Of a DNA stretch of 64,000 bases, positions 48,214-57,885 are shown in pieces. The notes beneath the pieces were generated by a model, which searched no databases, was not told the DNA's origin, and saw only the letters and a program-made list of their open reading frames with translations. This stretch comes from an uncultured Alphaproteobacteria bacterium (GTDB lineage Bacteria > Pseudomonadota > Alphaproteobacteria > RF32 > CAG-239): the NCBI GenBank assembly GCA_934276635.1, contig CAKQTH010000001.1:200098-264097 (forward strand), given 5' to 3'. The translations under genes were made by a program, and so were the position numbers. How positions within the stretch are numbered: position 1 is the first letter of the stretch; each line of letters begins with the position of its first letter.

Positions 48214-49659
48214 ATGTCAAAAAAAGTTAAGAATAATAAACTCCATACGAAGACAAAAAAACATACCTTCAAAAAAAATAAGAAAAAATCAAACAAAAAG
48301 CTTCTGAAAAACCAAACTTTCGGCATCGGATCGAAGCTCATCAATTCTATCATTATAGGCCTTGATGAAGACGATAAAAGCCATGTCTGCAAAATCGCCG
48401 AAGGCCTTGATGAATATGATTTGGCGCATTTGATAGAAACTTTGGATATCAAACATCGTCTGAAACTTATTGAGTTTTTGGGAAAGCATATCAACCCTGA
48501 TGTTCTGCCGGAATTGAACGACACGGTTCAGGAACAGGTTATCGATTCTTTGGACGAAGAACAGATTGTCGATATCGTTAATGAACTCGATTCGGAAGAA
48601 GCGGTTGAAGTTTTGGAACACTTGGACGGTGATGAACAAGAAACCATCATCAGCAAACTCGAACCGGAGTTGAAACATCAGGTTCAATCGTCTTTGAGCT
48701 ATCCGGAAGATTCCGCCGGCCGTATTATGTCGCGCGAGTTTGTCAGTATGCCCGACGATTGGACGGTCAAAGAAGCCAAACAGTTTTTGCTTTCGGACAC
48801 AAAGCTGCCTGAAGACTTTTATACGGTATTTTTGACCGATGAAAAGATGCACCCGACCGGACAAATCACTTTGGACAAGCTTTTGCGCGCAAAGCCCGAT
48901 GTCTTGCTGAAAAACATTATGGACTATGAAATTGTGCCGATTAATGTTTGCACCGACCAGGAAGAAGTTGCGCATATGTTCCGCGAATACGGCTGGATGT
49001 CGGGGATTGTGGTAGACGGCAACAATCGGCTTATCGGTGTTATCAACATTGATGATGTTGTAGATATTGTTCACGAAGAAGCCAACGAAGATATGATGCA
49101 TTTGTCCGGTGCCGGCGAAGGCGATGTTTATAAATCCGTCGGAGGAATTTTCCGTTCGCGAATCGGCTGGCTTTTTATCAACCTGTTTGCGGTGTTTATG
49201 GCCTCGTTTGTTGTCAAAGGATTTGAAGATATTATCGCTCAGGCGTCGTTTTTGGCGGTTTTGATGCCGATTGTCGCCTCAATGTCGGGCACCACCGGGC
49301 AGCAGACATTGGCCGTTGTGGTTCGCGCAATCGCCACCAAAGAGCTGACATCGCGCAACACTTTGCGAATGATAGGCAAAGAATTCGGCGTCGGACTGCT
49401 TAACGGCTTGCTTTTTGCGGTGTTGATTGCCGGCGTGACCTGTATTGTGTTTCCGCATCAATATCTGGTCAGCCTGATTATTGCGATTGCAATGCTGTGC
49501 AATTTGTGTATTGCCAGCCTTGCCGGAATTTTGATTCCTTTGACGATGGAAAAGCTTCATTTTGACCCTGCGGCGGCGTCCGGAGTATTTTTGATTGCAA
49601 TCACCGACAGCGGCGGATTTTTCATCTTTTTGGGTTTGGCAAAGCTGATTTTGTTCTAA
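48214..49659 (+). CDS. mgtE: magnesium transporter MgtE (with Lys-rich N-terminal extension)
   Basis: MgtE_N domain, tandem CBS domains and a C-terminal five-TM MgtE channel domain. Confidence 0.85.
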   Translation: MSKKVKNNKLHTKTKKHTFKKNKKKSNKKLLKNQTFGIGSKLINSIIIGLDEDDKSHVCKIAEGLDEYDLAHLIETLDIKHRLKLIEFLGKHINPDVLPELNDTVQEQVIDSLDEEQIVDIVNELDSEEAVEVLEHLDGDEQETIISKLEPELKHQVQSSLSYPEDSAGRIMSREFVSMPDDWTVKEAKQFLLSDTKLPEDFYTVFLTDEKMHPTGQITLDKLLRAKPDVLLKNIMDYEIVPINVCTDQEEVAHMFREYGWMSGIVVDGNNRLIGVINIDDVVDIVHEEANEDMMHLSGAGEGDVYKSVGGIFRSRIGWLFINLFAVFMASFVVKGFEDIIAQASFLAVLMPIVASMSGTTGQQTLAVVVRAIATKELTSRNTLRMIGKEFGVGLLNGLLFAVLIAGVTCIVFPHQYLVSLIIAIAMLCNLCIASLAGILIPLTMEKLHFDPAAASGVFLIAITDSGGFFIFLGLAKLILF

Positions 49660-49731
49660 ACGCTGTATATATTTTGCATAATCCGCTTTTTATCTTGAAA
49701 AAAGGGTATATAATACTCCAAAGTTTAATGA

Positions 49732-50217
49732 TTGGAGAAATGTATCGTGATATGGGGATTGTTTGCCGCATTGTGCGTTCTGGTCGCTGATCAGGCCTCA
49801 AAGTTTTATGTTAATGCCGAGTTGCTCGAAAACAAAATGGGGATTATGTATACCTCGTTTTTTAATGTTATCAGGGCGTGGAATACCGGCGTCAGCTTTT
49901 CGCTGTTTAATGACTGGGGCGAGTGGGGCGTGTGGGCGCTTTCGGCGTTTGCCGCAATAGTGGTTGTTATGCTGCTGGTCTGGATGTATCGCGAAAAGAG
50001 CGTGTTTGTTCAGGTTGCTCTGGGCTTTATTGTCGGCGGCGCAATCGGAAACATTGTTGATCGTATCCGTTTTAAGGCCGTGTTTGACTTTTTGGATTTT
50101 CATATCGGCGAAAACCATTGGCCGGCGTTTAATGTTGCTGACAGCTTTATATGCATCGGAACCGTGCTTATTTTGATATATTCGATATATTTGTCGTTCA
50201 AAAAGGAGGAACAATAA
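49732..50217 (+). CDS. lspA: lipoprotein signal peptidase II
   Basis: Conserved LspA motifs (NTGVSFSLF, FNVADSFICIG). Confidence 0.85.
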   Translation: MEKCIVIWGLFAALCVLVADQASKFYVNAELLENKMGIMYTSFFNVIRAWNTGVSFSLFNDWGEWGVWALSAFAAIVVVMLLVWMYREKSVFVQVALGFIVGGAIGNIVDRIRFKAVFDFLDFHIGENHWPAFNVADSFICIGTVLILIYSIYLSFKKEEQ

Positions 50218-50414
50218 TGAAAAAACTTTTTTTTGCGATGGTACTTGCCGCGTTTTGTTTCGGAATTTCCGGTTGTTCGCAAACCCGCAAGCTGATGTGG
50301 TGGAAAAAAGATTCCGGAGTTGAAAGTCCGGCGTTTGTTGATGAAAAAAATCCGCTGGCCGTTCCGCCGGAATATAACATAAGACCGATTGTTGCCCAGC
50401 CTGCGGAAGAATAA
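50217..50414 (+). CDS. small lipoprotein (66 aa)
   Basis: RBS AGGAGG. ATG overlaps the lspA stop (TAATG). Lipobox FGISGC. Confidence 0.45.
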   Translation: MKKLFFAMVLAAFCFGISGCSQTRKLMWWKKDSGVESPAFVDEKNPLAVPPEYNIRPIVAQPAEE

Positions 50415-50415
50415 A

Positions 50416-51789
50416 ATGCAAAAATTCTTCGGCCTTTTTGTTGTTTTTTGCGTTTTGTGCGCAAGCTCTTCAAATGCAAAGCTGTTTGAGGCAAAGTCAT
50501 TTGAACTTGATAACGGAATGCGGGTTTTGCTGATTGAAAATCACAAAGCACCGGTTATCAAGCATATGCTTTGGTACAAAAACGGAGCTTCTGACGACGC
50601 AAAAGGAAAGGGCGGCACGGCGCATCTTTTGGAACACTTGATGTTTCGGGGTACCAAACGCTTTGTCGAAGGCCGGCTTGATGCTTTGTTTGAAAAACAC
50701 GGGGCGCAGAGTAACGCTTTTACAAGCTATGACTATACCTCGTATCATCAGTTTGCAGATATCTCAAAACTTGAACTTTTGATGCTTTTGGAAGCTGACA
50801 GAATGCATAACCTGTTGATTGACGACAAAAATTTTGCAAAAGAGCGCGAGATTGTATATCAGGAAAGACGGCAGCAGATAGAAAGCAATCCGGTTTCGGC
50901 TTTTATGGAAAAAATGCGCGAAAAGTTGTGGGCGGAGCACCCGTATTCAAGGCCGGTAATCGGGTCTGCCGATGAGATAAAATCGCTTACAAAACAAGAT
51001 GTTGAAGAATATTATGCACGGTTTTACACCCCCGAAAACGCAATTTTGGTTTTGTCCGGCGACTTAGATTTACCGACGGCGAAAACGCTGGCGGAAAAAT
51101 ATTACGGAAAGCTTGAAAAACGCAGTGGTTTTGTCCCTGCGCCGGCATATGAATTTTCGGCCGAACAAACAAAGCAATCGTTTGTTTTTTATGATAAAAA
51201 AGTCAAAACTCCGCGAATTGTGCAGATGTTTGTCGTCCCGTCGTATAATCAAAACCCGAAAGAGGCGCTTGCTCTGGAAATTTTGGCGGAATATCTGGGC
51301 GCGGACAAGCTGTCGCCTGTCTATAAAGATTTGGTCGAAAAGCGCAAAATCATGGCCGGTATATCTGTTTCTAACGGTTTTTCGGCGCGCGGATACGACC
51401 AGTTTTATATCGCGGGATATCCGCAAAACAATGTTGATGCGCAAAAAGCCGCAGACGAACTTTCGGCGTCCGTAAAAAATGCAATAAACCTGATTGATGA
51501 AAAAAATATTGCCGCGGCAAAAAAGCGCATATTGGCAAATTTGGCTTTTGTTGAAGACAATCCTTCTGATGCGGCATATGCCGCCGGTGCCATGGCGGCC
51601 GGAGGTATGAGCCTTGAAGATATAAATTCGTATGATGAAAATATTGATAATGTAAAACTTGAAGATGTAAAATCTACCGCGTTGAAATTGATTGATTTTT
51701 ATCCGCAAATTGTCGGCGTAATAATGCCCGAAAAAAGTGATGAAACTCTGCCTGACGAGGCTGCGGCAAAGGAGGGCGAAAATGACTAG
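50416..51789 (+). CDS. M16 family zinc peptidase (pitrilysin-like, active subunit)
   Basis: HxxEH inverzincin motif HLLEHLMF and the M16 N- and C-domains. Start refined to MQKFFG. Confidence 0.8.
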   Translation: MQKFFGLFVVFCVLCASSSNAKLFEAKSFELDNGMRVLLIENHKAPVIKHMLWYKNGASDDAKGKGGTAHLLEHLMFRGTKRFVEGRLDALFEKHGAQSNAFTSYDYTSYHQFADISKLELLMLLEADRMHNLLIDDKNFAKEREIVYQERRQQIESNPVSAFMEKMREKLWAEHPYSRPVIGSADEIKSLTKQDVEEYYARFYTPENAILVLSGDLDLPTAKTLAEKYYGKLEKRSGFVPAPAYEFSAEQTKQSFVFYDKKVKTPRIVQMFVVPSYNQNPKEALALEILAEYLGADKLSPVYKDLVEKRKIMAGISVSNGFSARGYDQFYIAGYPQNNVDAQKAADELSASVKNAINLIDEKNIAAAKKRILANLAFVEDNPSDAAYAAGAMAAGGMSLEDINSYDENIDNVKLEDVKSTALKLIDFYPQIVGVIMPEKSDETLPDEAAAKEGEND

Positions 51790-53161
51790 AATCCGAAAAA
51801 TTGCGGTGTTGGCGGCTGCCTTTGTCGTATTTTTTGCCGCATCGTCATATCTGATTTATCGTGAGCCCGATGTTGAAAAAATATTGGCAAATTCGCCGCT
51901 CAGGGACAGAAAATTTGCTTCAAAAATACAAAAAATCAGAACTCCGGCGGGGATAAACGCATATCTGATGAGCGACAACTCCTCACCGATAGTCAGCTTA
52001 AATTTCAAATTTTTGCGTTCCGGCATTGCCTATGAAAGCGAAAACACGGGAGCTCCGATGTTTTTGAGCAATATTTGGGGTGATGATGCGAAAGGAATGA
52101 CAGCAGAAAAATTGCGCGAATTTTTGTTGCAAAACGGCATAAAAATCGGCTTTTCGGCGTCTTTTGACGACTTTGACGGGAGTATCGCGCTGCCGAAACA
52201 AAATCTGTCTTCATCGCTTGAGGTTATCGGCCAAATTTTCAATAATCCGCTGTTTGAAGACCAAAATATGAGCACGGTCAAGGCGCAGCTGGTGCTCGCA
52301 AATCTGGCGCAAAATGAAAACGAGCGAGAAATTTTTGATGCATTTGCTCGCAAAAATCTGTATAAAAACCACCCTTATTCGCGGGATAAAATCGCCTCAA
52401 TCGAAAGCATCAAAAACATTTCGGCAAATGAGCTGAAACAATATATGGCAAAATATTTTGCCAAAGATAATCTGCTGGTTGGCGTCTCTGGTGATATAGA
52501 TGAAAAAACGGCGGCAAATCTGATAGATACGATGTTTGGAGCCCTTCCTCAAAGTCGGGAAAAAATTGAGATTGAGGCTGTCGAGCCGGATTTTTCGCAA
52601 AAGGATTTCAGCCTTGAACGCCCTGATTTTGCGCAAAATAAAATTATGATGGTGGCAAAAGGCATCAGCCGTGATAACCCCGATTTTTATCCTTTGTATA
52701 TTGCCGATGAAATTTTCGGCGGGCAGGGGCTCGGTACCCGTCTTAATAACGAGCTGAGAGCAAAAAGAGGGCTGACTTACGGCGCGTATTCGTGGCTTCA
52801 GATGCAAAATTCGGCAAATCTGCTGGTCGGATTTTTTGAAACCAGTCCGGACAATTTTGCCGAGGCGATGAAAATTGCGCGCGAGGAATGGCAAAAATTC
52901 GGCGATAAAGGAATAACAAAAAACGAGTTTAATCAAACTATTGATTACCTTTTGTCATCATACAATCTGCGCTTTGCCTCAACGGAAAACATTTCTTCCA
53001 TGTTGACGGAGATTCAAAAATACAATCTCGGCGAAGATTTTTTGCTTCGCCGCAACGATTATATCAAAGCCGTTGATTTTGACGAGGTTAATTCGGCAGC
53101 GAAAAAATATTTTAATGATAACCTGATTTTTATAAGTATCGGAGATATGGACCATGAATAG
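51782..53161 (+). CDS. M16 family peptidase (second subunit, no HxxEH motif)
   Basis: M16 fold without the zinc motif. Start refined to MTRIRK, overlapping the upstream stop. Confidence 0.7.
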   Translation: MTRIRKIAVLAAAFVVFFAASSYLIYREPDVEKILANSPLRDRKFASKIQKIRTPAGINAYLMSDNSSPIVSLNFKFLRSGIAYESENTGAPMFLSNIWGDDAKGMTAEKLREFLLQNGIKIGFSASFDDFDGSIALPKQNLSSSLEVIGQIFNNPLFEDQNMSTVKAQLVLANLAQNENEREIFDAFARKNLYKNHPYSRDKIASIESIKNISANELKQYMAKYFAKDNLLVGVSGDIDEKTAANLIDTMFGALPQSREKIEIEAVEPDFSQKDFSLERPDFAQNKIMMVAKGISRDNPDFYPLYIADEIFGGQGLGTRLNNELRAKRGLTYGAYSWLQMQNSANLLVGFFETSPDNFAEAMKIAREEWQKFGDKGITKNEFNQTIDYLLSSYNLRFASTENISSMLTEIQKYNLGEDFLLRRNDYIKAVDFDEVNSAAKKYFNDNLIFISIGDMDHE

Positions 53162-54779
53162 TGATATATGCCAAAAATTGCAAAAAGAATACACAAGAAT
53201 CAAAGACATAAAAATGCGCAAGATGTTTGATGACGATGAAAACCGCGCACAAAAATATACCTTAAATCTTGAAAATATGTATTTGGATTATTCAAAAAAC
53301 AAGATTGACGAACAGGTGATGCAAAACCTGCTGGAGTTGGCGGATTCTTGCGGGTTGCAAAACAAAATCGAAGATATGTTCACCGGAAAGAAAATCAATA
53401 CGACCGAACATCGCGCGGTTTTGCATACGGCTCTCAGAAACCTTAAAAATACGCCGATTTATGTTGATGATAAAAATGTGATGCCGCAGATTTTTGAGGT
53501 TCTTGAAAAGATGAAAAACTTTTCGAACGCGGTCAGAAACGGTGATTTTTGCGGATATACCGGCAAAAAACTGACCCATATCGTAAATATCGGTATCGGC
53601 GGTTCCGACCTTGGTCCGGCAATGGTTTGCGAGGCTTTGAAAAAATACGGCAAAAGCGATATGCAGTGCAGTTTCATCTCGAATGTTGACGGCACGGCCT
53701 GCGCCGAAACGCTGAAAAATCTTGATGCGGAAACAACCCTGTTTATTGTCGCATCAAAAACTTTTACCACAATCGAAACGCTCACAAATGCAAGAACCTG
53801 CCGCGGCTGGCTAGTTGAAAAACTTGGCGAAGATGCCGTAAAAAATCATTTTGTCGCGCTTTCGACCAACAAAAAAGCCGTTGAAGAGTTCGGCATAGAT
53901 TCGCAAAATATGTTTGAATTTTGGGATTTTGTCGGCGGGAGATATTCCGTTTGGTCGGCAATCGGGCTGATTGTGGCAATCTATATCGGATTTGACAATT
54001 TTAAGGCCTTTTTGGTGGGCGCACAGCGTATGGACGAACATTTCCGCCACGCTCCTGCCGCAAAGAATATTCCGGTGATTATGGCGCTTTTGAGCGTTTG
54101 GTATGCCAACTTTTTCGGATATGATTCTCACTGCGTTGTTCCGTATGACGAATATCTGCGTTTGTTGCCGTCATATTTGCAGCAGTTGGTGATGGAAAGC
54201 AACGGAAAATCGGTAGATTCAAATGGAAAACGCATAGAATATGCCACATCACAGGTGATTTTCGGCGGTGCGGGAACAAATGTCCAACATTCGTTTTTCC
54301 AGCTTTTGCATCAGGGAACACAGATTGTGCCGATAGACTTTGTTATTGCGGCAAAATCACAGAATCCGACCGGAAATCATCACGATATATTGACGGCCAA
54401 TGTTTTGGCTCAGGCCGAGGCGATGATGAAAGGAAAGACAGCGCAGGAAGCGGCTGCCGAGCTTGAAAAAGCCGGAAAGTCGGCGCAGGAAATTGAATTT
54501 TTGACTCCGTACAAAACATTTGAGGGCGACAGGCCGTCGAATATGTTTGTTTTTGACAAGCTCACGCCATACAATTTGGGGATGCTAATCGCCGCTTATG
54601 AGCACAAAGTTTTTGTTGAAGGCGTGATTTATAACATTGACAGCTTTGATCAATGGGGTGTTGAACTCGGCAAGCAGCTGGCTTTGAATATTCTGCCTGA
54701 GCTGCAAACAGACGAAACAAAAAAACACGATTCTTCAACATCTGATTTAATTAAGTTAATTAAAAACTTGAAGGCTTAA
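53154..54779 (+). CDS. pgi: glucose-6-phosphate isomerase
   Basis: PGI signature regions (IGIGGSDLGP, VVPYDEYLRLLPSYLQQLVMESNGK). Confidence 0.9.
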   Translation: MNSDICQKLQKEYTRIKDIKMRKMFDDDENRAQKYTLNLENMYLDYSKNKIDEQVMQNLLELADSCGLQNKIEDMFTGKKINTTEHRAVLHTALRNLKNTPIYVDDKNVMPQIFEVLEKMKNFSNAVRNGDFCGYTGKKLTHIVNIGIGGSDLGPAMVCEALKKYGKSDMQCSFISNVDGTACAETLKNLDAETTLFIVASKTFTTIETLTNARTCRGWLVEKLGEDAVKNHFVALSTNKKAVEEFGIDSQNMFEFWDFVGGRYSVWSAIGLIVAIYIGFDNFKAFLVGAQRMDEHFRHAPAAKNIPVIMALLSVWYANFFGYDSHCVVPYDEYLRLLPSYLQQLVMESNGKSVDSNGKRIEYATSQVIFGGAGTNVQHSFFQLLHQGTQIVPIDFVIAAKSQNPTGNHHDILTANVLAQAEAMMKGKTAQEAAAELEKAGKSAQEIEFLTPYKTFEGDRPSNMFVFDKLTPYNLGMLIAAYEHKVFVEGVIYNIDSFDQWGVELGKQLALNILPELQTDETKKHDSSTSDLIKLIKNLKA

Positions 54780-54783
54780 AAAT

Positions 54784-56616
54784 ATGGGAATACGGATACT
54801 TCCTTCTAATTTGGTTAACCAGATTGCCGCCGGAGAGGTGATTGAACGGCCTGCGTCGGTGGTCAAAGAACTGGTAGAAAATGCGATTGATGCGGGTGCA
54901 TCGAGTATTGAAATCACCTTGCTTGACGGCGGAAAAGGAATGATATCCGTAACCGATGACGGAAAAGGAATGTTGCCCGAAGAGCTGTCGTTGGCGGTTG
55001 AACGGCATGCAACATCAAAGCTGCCGGACGATGATTTGTTCAATATCAACTTTTTGGGCTTCAGAGGCGAGGCTTTGCCGTCGGTGGCATCAGTGTCCCG
55101 CCTGAGCATAACTTCGCGTCCCAGAGGCGCAGACAGCGCTTTTAAGATAGAGGTCAATGGCGGACAAAAGTCTGAAGTCAAACCTGCGGCCGGAAATTTC
55201 GGCACGCGCATAGAGGTCAGAGATTTGTTTTATACAACGCCGGCGCGCCTCAAATTCTTAAAGTCAAATGTGTTAGAAGTCGCACAGTGCGTTGATATCG
55301 TGCAAAAAATTGCTATTTCCAATCCGTGCATCGCTTTTACATTATACGACGAAAACAAGCGTAAAATCTTTTTTGATGCAAGTCCGAAAGATGCGCCGAA
55401 TGCCACGATGCATCGAATTGAAAGCGTTATGGGAAAAGATTTTGCGCAAAATTCGCTGCAACTTGACGAGAAAAGGGATAATATCAGAATCAGCGGATTT
55501 GTCAGCCTTCCGACTTATAACAAGGCAAATTCGCTGTCTCAATATTTGTTTGTAAATTCAAGGCCGGTGCGTGACAAATTGCTTTTGGGCGCGCTCAAAG
55601 GGGCATATCAAGATGTTTTGCCCTCAAACAGGTATCCTGCCTGCGTGCTGTTTTTTGAGGTCAATCCGCAATATGTCGATGTAAATGTTCACCCGACCAA
55701 GGCCGAGGTTCGATTTTTTGATGCCGGAGCGGTGCGCGGACTGTTGGTTTCTGCGGTTCGAAAGCTTTTGAGTATGGGGTCTTCGGCCGGTGCCGGTGCT
55801 GAGGCAAACAATATAAATCTGGCGGAATATGTGCACTTTTTCGGAGAGCCGGAAAAGCCCGAAAAACATAATGACAATATGTGTCTGATATCGGATAATT
55901 TTTTGCAGATGAGCGGATTTCCGAAAGGTCAGGGATATTCCGCGTCGGCGGCAAAACAAGTGTATATTCCGCAGCTTGAAAACGAATATTCGGTCAAAAC
56001 CGAAGAGGTTGAAAATATTGAAGATACCGAATATTTTCCGCTCGGTTTGGCAAAGGCTCAATTTCATAACACATACATCATATCGCAGGCAAGAGACGGA
56101 ATAGTCATCATTGACCAGCATGCGGCCCACGAGCGCATCACAATGGAAAAAATGAAGAGAAATCTTTTAGAAAACAAAAAGATAGAAACGCAAATTCTTT
56201 TAATACCTGAAGTTGTCGATTTATCGATTTCTGAAAAACAAAAGATATTGGAGATTGCTCCTGAGCTTTCAAAAGCCGGGCTTGAGATTGAAGAATTCGG
56301 CGCGTCAGCAGTGATTGTGCGTGAAATTCCGGCACTTATCAAAAATTGTGATGTAAAAAAGTTGGTGATTGATTTGGCTCAGGAAGCGCAAGAATGGAAC
56401 AGGGGCTTTTCACTTGATGATAAAATCAACCATATTTGCGCGACATGTGCCTGCCATGGTTCGGTCAGAGCCGGCAGAAGCCTCAATTTTGAAGAGATGA
56501 ACCACCTGTTGCGCGAAATGGAAACAACCGAGCGCTCCGGACAATGCAACCACGGCCGCCCGACATATATCAAACTTTCGTTGTCCGAAATCGAAAAACT
56601 TTTTGCCCGCAAATAG
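54784..56616 (+). CDS. mutL: DNA mismatch repair protein MutL
   Basis: GHKL ATPase N-domain (VVKELVENAIDAGA) and C-terminal dimerisation domain. Confidence 0.9.
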   Translation: MGIRILPSNLVNQIAAGEVIERPASVVKELVENAIDAGASSIEITLLDGGKGMISVTDDGKGMLPEELSLAVERHATSKLPDDDLFNINFLGFRGEALPSVASVSRLSITSRPRGADSAFKIEVNGGQKSEVKPAAGNFGTRIEVRDLFYTTPARLKFLKSNVLEVAQCVDIVQKIAISNPCIAFTLYDENKRKIFFDASPKDAPNATMHRIESVMGKDFAQNSLQLDEKRDNIRISGFVSLPTYNKANSLSQYLFVNSRPVRDKLLLGALKGAYQDVLPSNRYPACVLFFEVNPQYVDVNVHPTKAEVRFFDAGAVRGLLVSAVRKLLSMGSSAGAGAEANNINLAEYVHFFGEPEKPEKHNDNMCLISDNFLQMSGFPKGQGYSASAAKQVYIPQLENEYSVKTEEVENIEDTEYFPLGLAKAQFHNTYIISQARDGIVIIDQHAAHERITMEKMKRNLLENKKIETQILLIPEVVDLSISEKQKILEIAPELSKAGLEIEEFGASAVIVREIPALIKNCDVKKLVIDLAQEAQEWNRGFSLDDKINHICATCACHGSVRAGRSLNFEEMNHLLREMETTERSGQCNHGRPTYIKLSLSEIEKLFARK

Positions 56617-56654
56617 CGCGTCGACAAATCAAACGGATTGAAAAATCGGCAGAT

Positions 56655-57731
56655 TTATTCTGCCGAATCAATCACTCCGCCGCCCAAAATCAGGTCATTG
56701 TCATACAAAACGACCGATTGTCCGGGGGCGACTGCCTTTTGCAGGTTTTCAAATTCTATTTTTGCGCTGCCGTCGGGCAAAACTTCGACCTCAACCGGCG
56801 TCGGCTGTTGCGATGAGCGGATTTTTGCCATGGCGGTAAATGGTTCTGCCGGAGTTGCTCCTGACGACCAGACCAAATTTTTGGCAATCAGACTGTGTTT
56901 GACCGACTGGTCTTCAAAACCGAGCACGACTTCGTTTTTTTCGGGTTTCAAAGCCAAAACATAGAGCGGTTTTTCGGCCGAAATACCGAGCCCGCGGCGC
57001 TGCCCGACCGTAAAATGCCAAATCCCGTTATGCTGTCCCAATATTTTGCCGTGAATATCCACAAAATTGCCGACTTTCGGCTCGGCCTGCAAAATATCGT
57101 TGATATCGCCGGTATAAAAATCCTGACTGTCCGGCTTTTCGGCAACTTCAAGCCCGGCCTCGCGGGCAAACTGCCTGATTTGCGATTTGTCATAATTTCC
57201 GAGCGGAAGCATAATTTTTGAAAGCTGCTCCTGTGTCAGCCGATAGAGAAAATAAGACTGATCTTTGCGTGTGTGCAAAGCCGAACGGAGCTGATATTTG
57301 TTTGTTTTTTCATCAAAAATAACGCGGGCATAATGTCCGGTCGCAAACTTGTCGAACTCAATTCCGGCAGCTTTGGCGGTCAGCGGAAGAGCCGAAAATT
57401 TGATGGTGGAGTTGCATATAACGCAGGGATTCGGTGTGCGTCCGGCCATATATTCGCTTTTGAAGTTTTGCAAAACGAGCTTTTTGTATTGTTCGGTGCA
57501 ATCAAACACATAATACGGAATATCAAGATTTTCGCACAAAGCTTTTGCGGCTTTCACATCTTCTTCTTCGTGCGGAGAAAAGCAACCGTCTTTGTTTGAA
57601 ACCGCTTTGAAAACCATTTCTTTGTCCCAAATCGACATTGTTGCGCCGATAACTTCGTGTCCTGCTTTTTTGAGCAAATATGCTGCAACCGAGGAGTCAA
57701 CCCCGCCGCTTAAACCTACCAAAATTTTCAT
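56655..57731 (-). CDS. mnmA: tRNA 2-thiouridine(34) synthase MnmA
   Basis: PP-loop SGGVDSSV and the catalytic Cys region. Confidence 0.9.
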   Translation of the reverse strand: MKILVGLSGGVDSSVAAYLLKKAGHEVIGATMSIWDKEMVFKAVSNKDGCFSPHEEEDVKAAKALCENLDIPYYVFDCTEQYKKLVLQNFKSEYMAGRTPNPCVICNSTIKFSALPLTAKAAGIEFDKFATGHYARVIFDEKTNKYQLRSALHTRKDQSYFLYRLTQEQLSKIMLPLGNYDKSQIRQFAREAGLEVAEKPDSQDFYTGDINDILQAEPKVGNFVDIHGKILGQHNGIWHFTVGQRRGLGISAEKPLYVLALKPEKNEVVLGFEDQSVKHSLIAKNLVWSSGATPAEPFTAMAKIRSSQQPTPVEVEVLPDGSAKIEFENLQKAVAPGQSVVLYDNDLILGGGVIDSAE

Positions 57732-57885
57732 ATTTTATCCTTTTTGTTTCAATTGTTGTAAAAATATATGGCACAGTTTTTTTATATTGTAAAATATTTT
57801 ATTTGATATGTTGTTTTTTTATGTTGTAAGGACGCGCAAATCGGATATACTCAGGGGAGTTTTAGATTTTTACGGACGGATTTTG

